Positions 62,682 to 64,000 of a stretch of 64,000 nucleotides of DNA are shown here, piece by piece. The notes under the pieces were generated by a model. It made no database searches. It was not told the origin of the DNA and saw only the letters and a list, made by a program, of their open reading frames with translations. Both the position numbers and the translations under genes were made by a program. The first letter of the stretch is position 1. Each line of letters opens with the position of its first letter. Source of the DNA: Antedon mediterranea (lineage: Eukaryota; Animalia; Echinodermata); the NCBI RefSeq assembly GCF_964355755.1, contig NC_092671.1, forward strand, positions 16,616,001 through 16,680,000, read 5' to 3'.

Positions 62682-64000
62682 GTAAGTAGGCCTACCAATT
62701 ACTAAACAAAATATGGAAGAGTTAGGAAAGACTCAGCAGATTTTCTCCGATGACTCGAACCTAAGCAGCCAACCAAGATGGAAATAGACCATGGAGAAAT
62801 ATTAAGTTCACTGTAGTTCCTAAGACAGTGTAAAAAGATTCGTGGCTTACTCAGATATTGTAATGTCGGCCTAATAATACATAGTATTGAGTTAGTAGTA
62901 ACTTTTTTAAAGAAGATTTTGTAATAATCTGCACAATATATGGGAACAACTTTAGGTTTCTCAGAATGAAACTCATGCCATTTTTCCAAATAAGTTTGCT
63001 GTAAGGCGTTCGTTTGCTGTTTCTATTTCAAAGTGTTCAGATTTTATTTTTTTTATTTTTCCAATTTTACATTATAGAATATAAAAAAAAATCTATTCCG
63101 ACCTGTTTCTCGGTAATTTGTATATCGCGAACAATATGGAGATCACCGCAAATTGTAAAAATTGAAACTGATCTTAAAAATGTCTTTTAATTGCAGTACC
63201 GTACCACTATCAGAGAACAAGAAATATATTGCAAAAGCTGTCACATTGACCAAGTTCATCGTAAACTTGTTAGGTCATGGGGTGGTCATTACGAAAACAA
63301 CTACCGGATAACAATGGTTTATTTTGGTTACAAGTGAAACAAGGTCACAGGAAAACTTAATCAATTAAATTCAAACTAAATAGACAATTATAAAATATGT
63401 GCCAAGAAAACGTCTTATTAAAATGTGCCAACGATTCCGGGTCTCAGTGGTTTAATTTGATTTAATCGAAAGTTACAATACCACCGGAAAGTTATACAAA
63501 ATGAAACTAATAAATGCGTGCCAAGAAATCCACTACCGTACCTTTGAAGTACTTTGTAGATTTGGACAATTGACCGACACAGATTTGATATTATCAGAGT
63601 TTATCCATATTTGGAGTCCTGGATATACATTTTACTTTAAAAACCTACTCACCCTCTGCCCTTTATAGATTGGTTGAACTACAGTAGCTGTATTCATCTT
63701 GTGTGGCTGATGACATCATCCTAAAAAGATACATTAATCATTATTGATTTAATTTGCATACGGTTTCATTAATTCAATATCTAATTTGAGGAAAATCTAT
63801 AAATTAGAACTATTGCTTTCTTTAACAGTACGTTCATTAGATTTCTTGGGATCTGGGATTTAATCCCGTCAGATGTCCAGGATGTAATATGCGTACTTGA
63901 TGTTAGGCTTTTTTTCTGTTAAACTTAAAGAAGTAATCCACGAAAGACAAAATGGTTGTTTTTTGTTGTTGTAATTAATCCAGTTTAATATTTTTATTAT

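Overview
AT-rich, intron-containing animal genomic DNA. It is probably an invertebrate deuterostome, inferred from Deu-type SINEs and the gene set but not verified. Reconstructed host genes: a PPAR-like nuclear receptor (-), syntaxin-17 (+), ERp44 (-), an unusual FAPP2/GLTP-domain protein with an N-terminal hydrophobic anchor (+), a secreted Thr/Pro-repeat + LamG gene (+) broken by a 5-bp frameshift and an LTR insertion, a ZC2HC1A-like zinc-finger gene (-) and the first exon of a carboxylesterase (+). Two Ty3/gypsy elements lie at 38.6-55.4 kb. One is a 5'-truncated Mag-type element fused to a ~30-copy 46/51-bp tandem array. The other is complete and young (587-bp LTRs, GTAT TSD, -1 frameshift signal, non-canonical HHDD RT motif). 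Introns hold many MITEs (Tc1/mariner-, hAT-, Harbinger- and Kolobok-like) and 5S- and tRNA-headed SINEs. There is a striking excess of TA-nnn-TA motifs that look like DNA-transposon excision footprints. All exon coordinates and alignments were read by eye.
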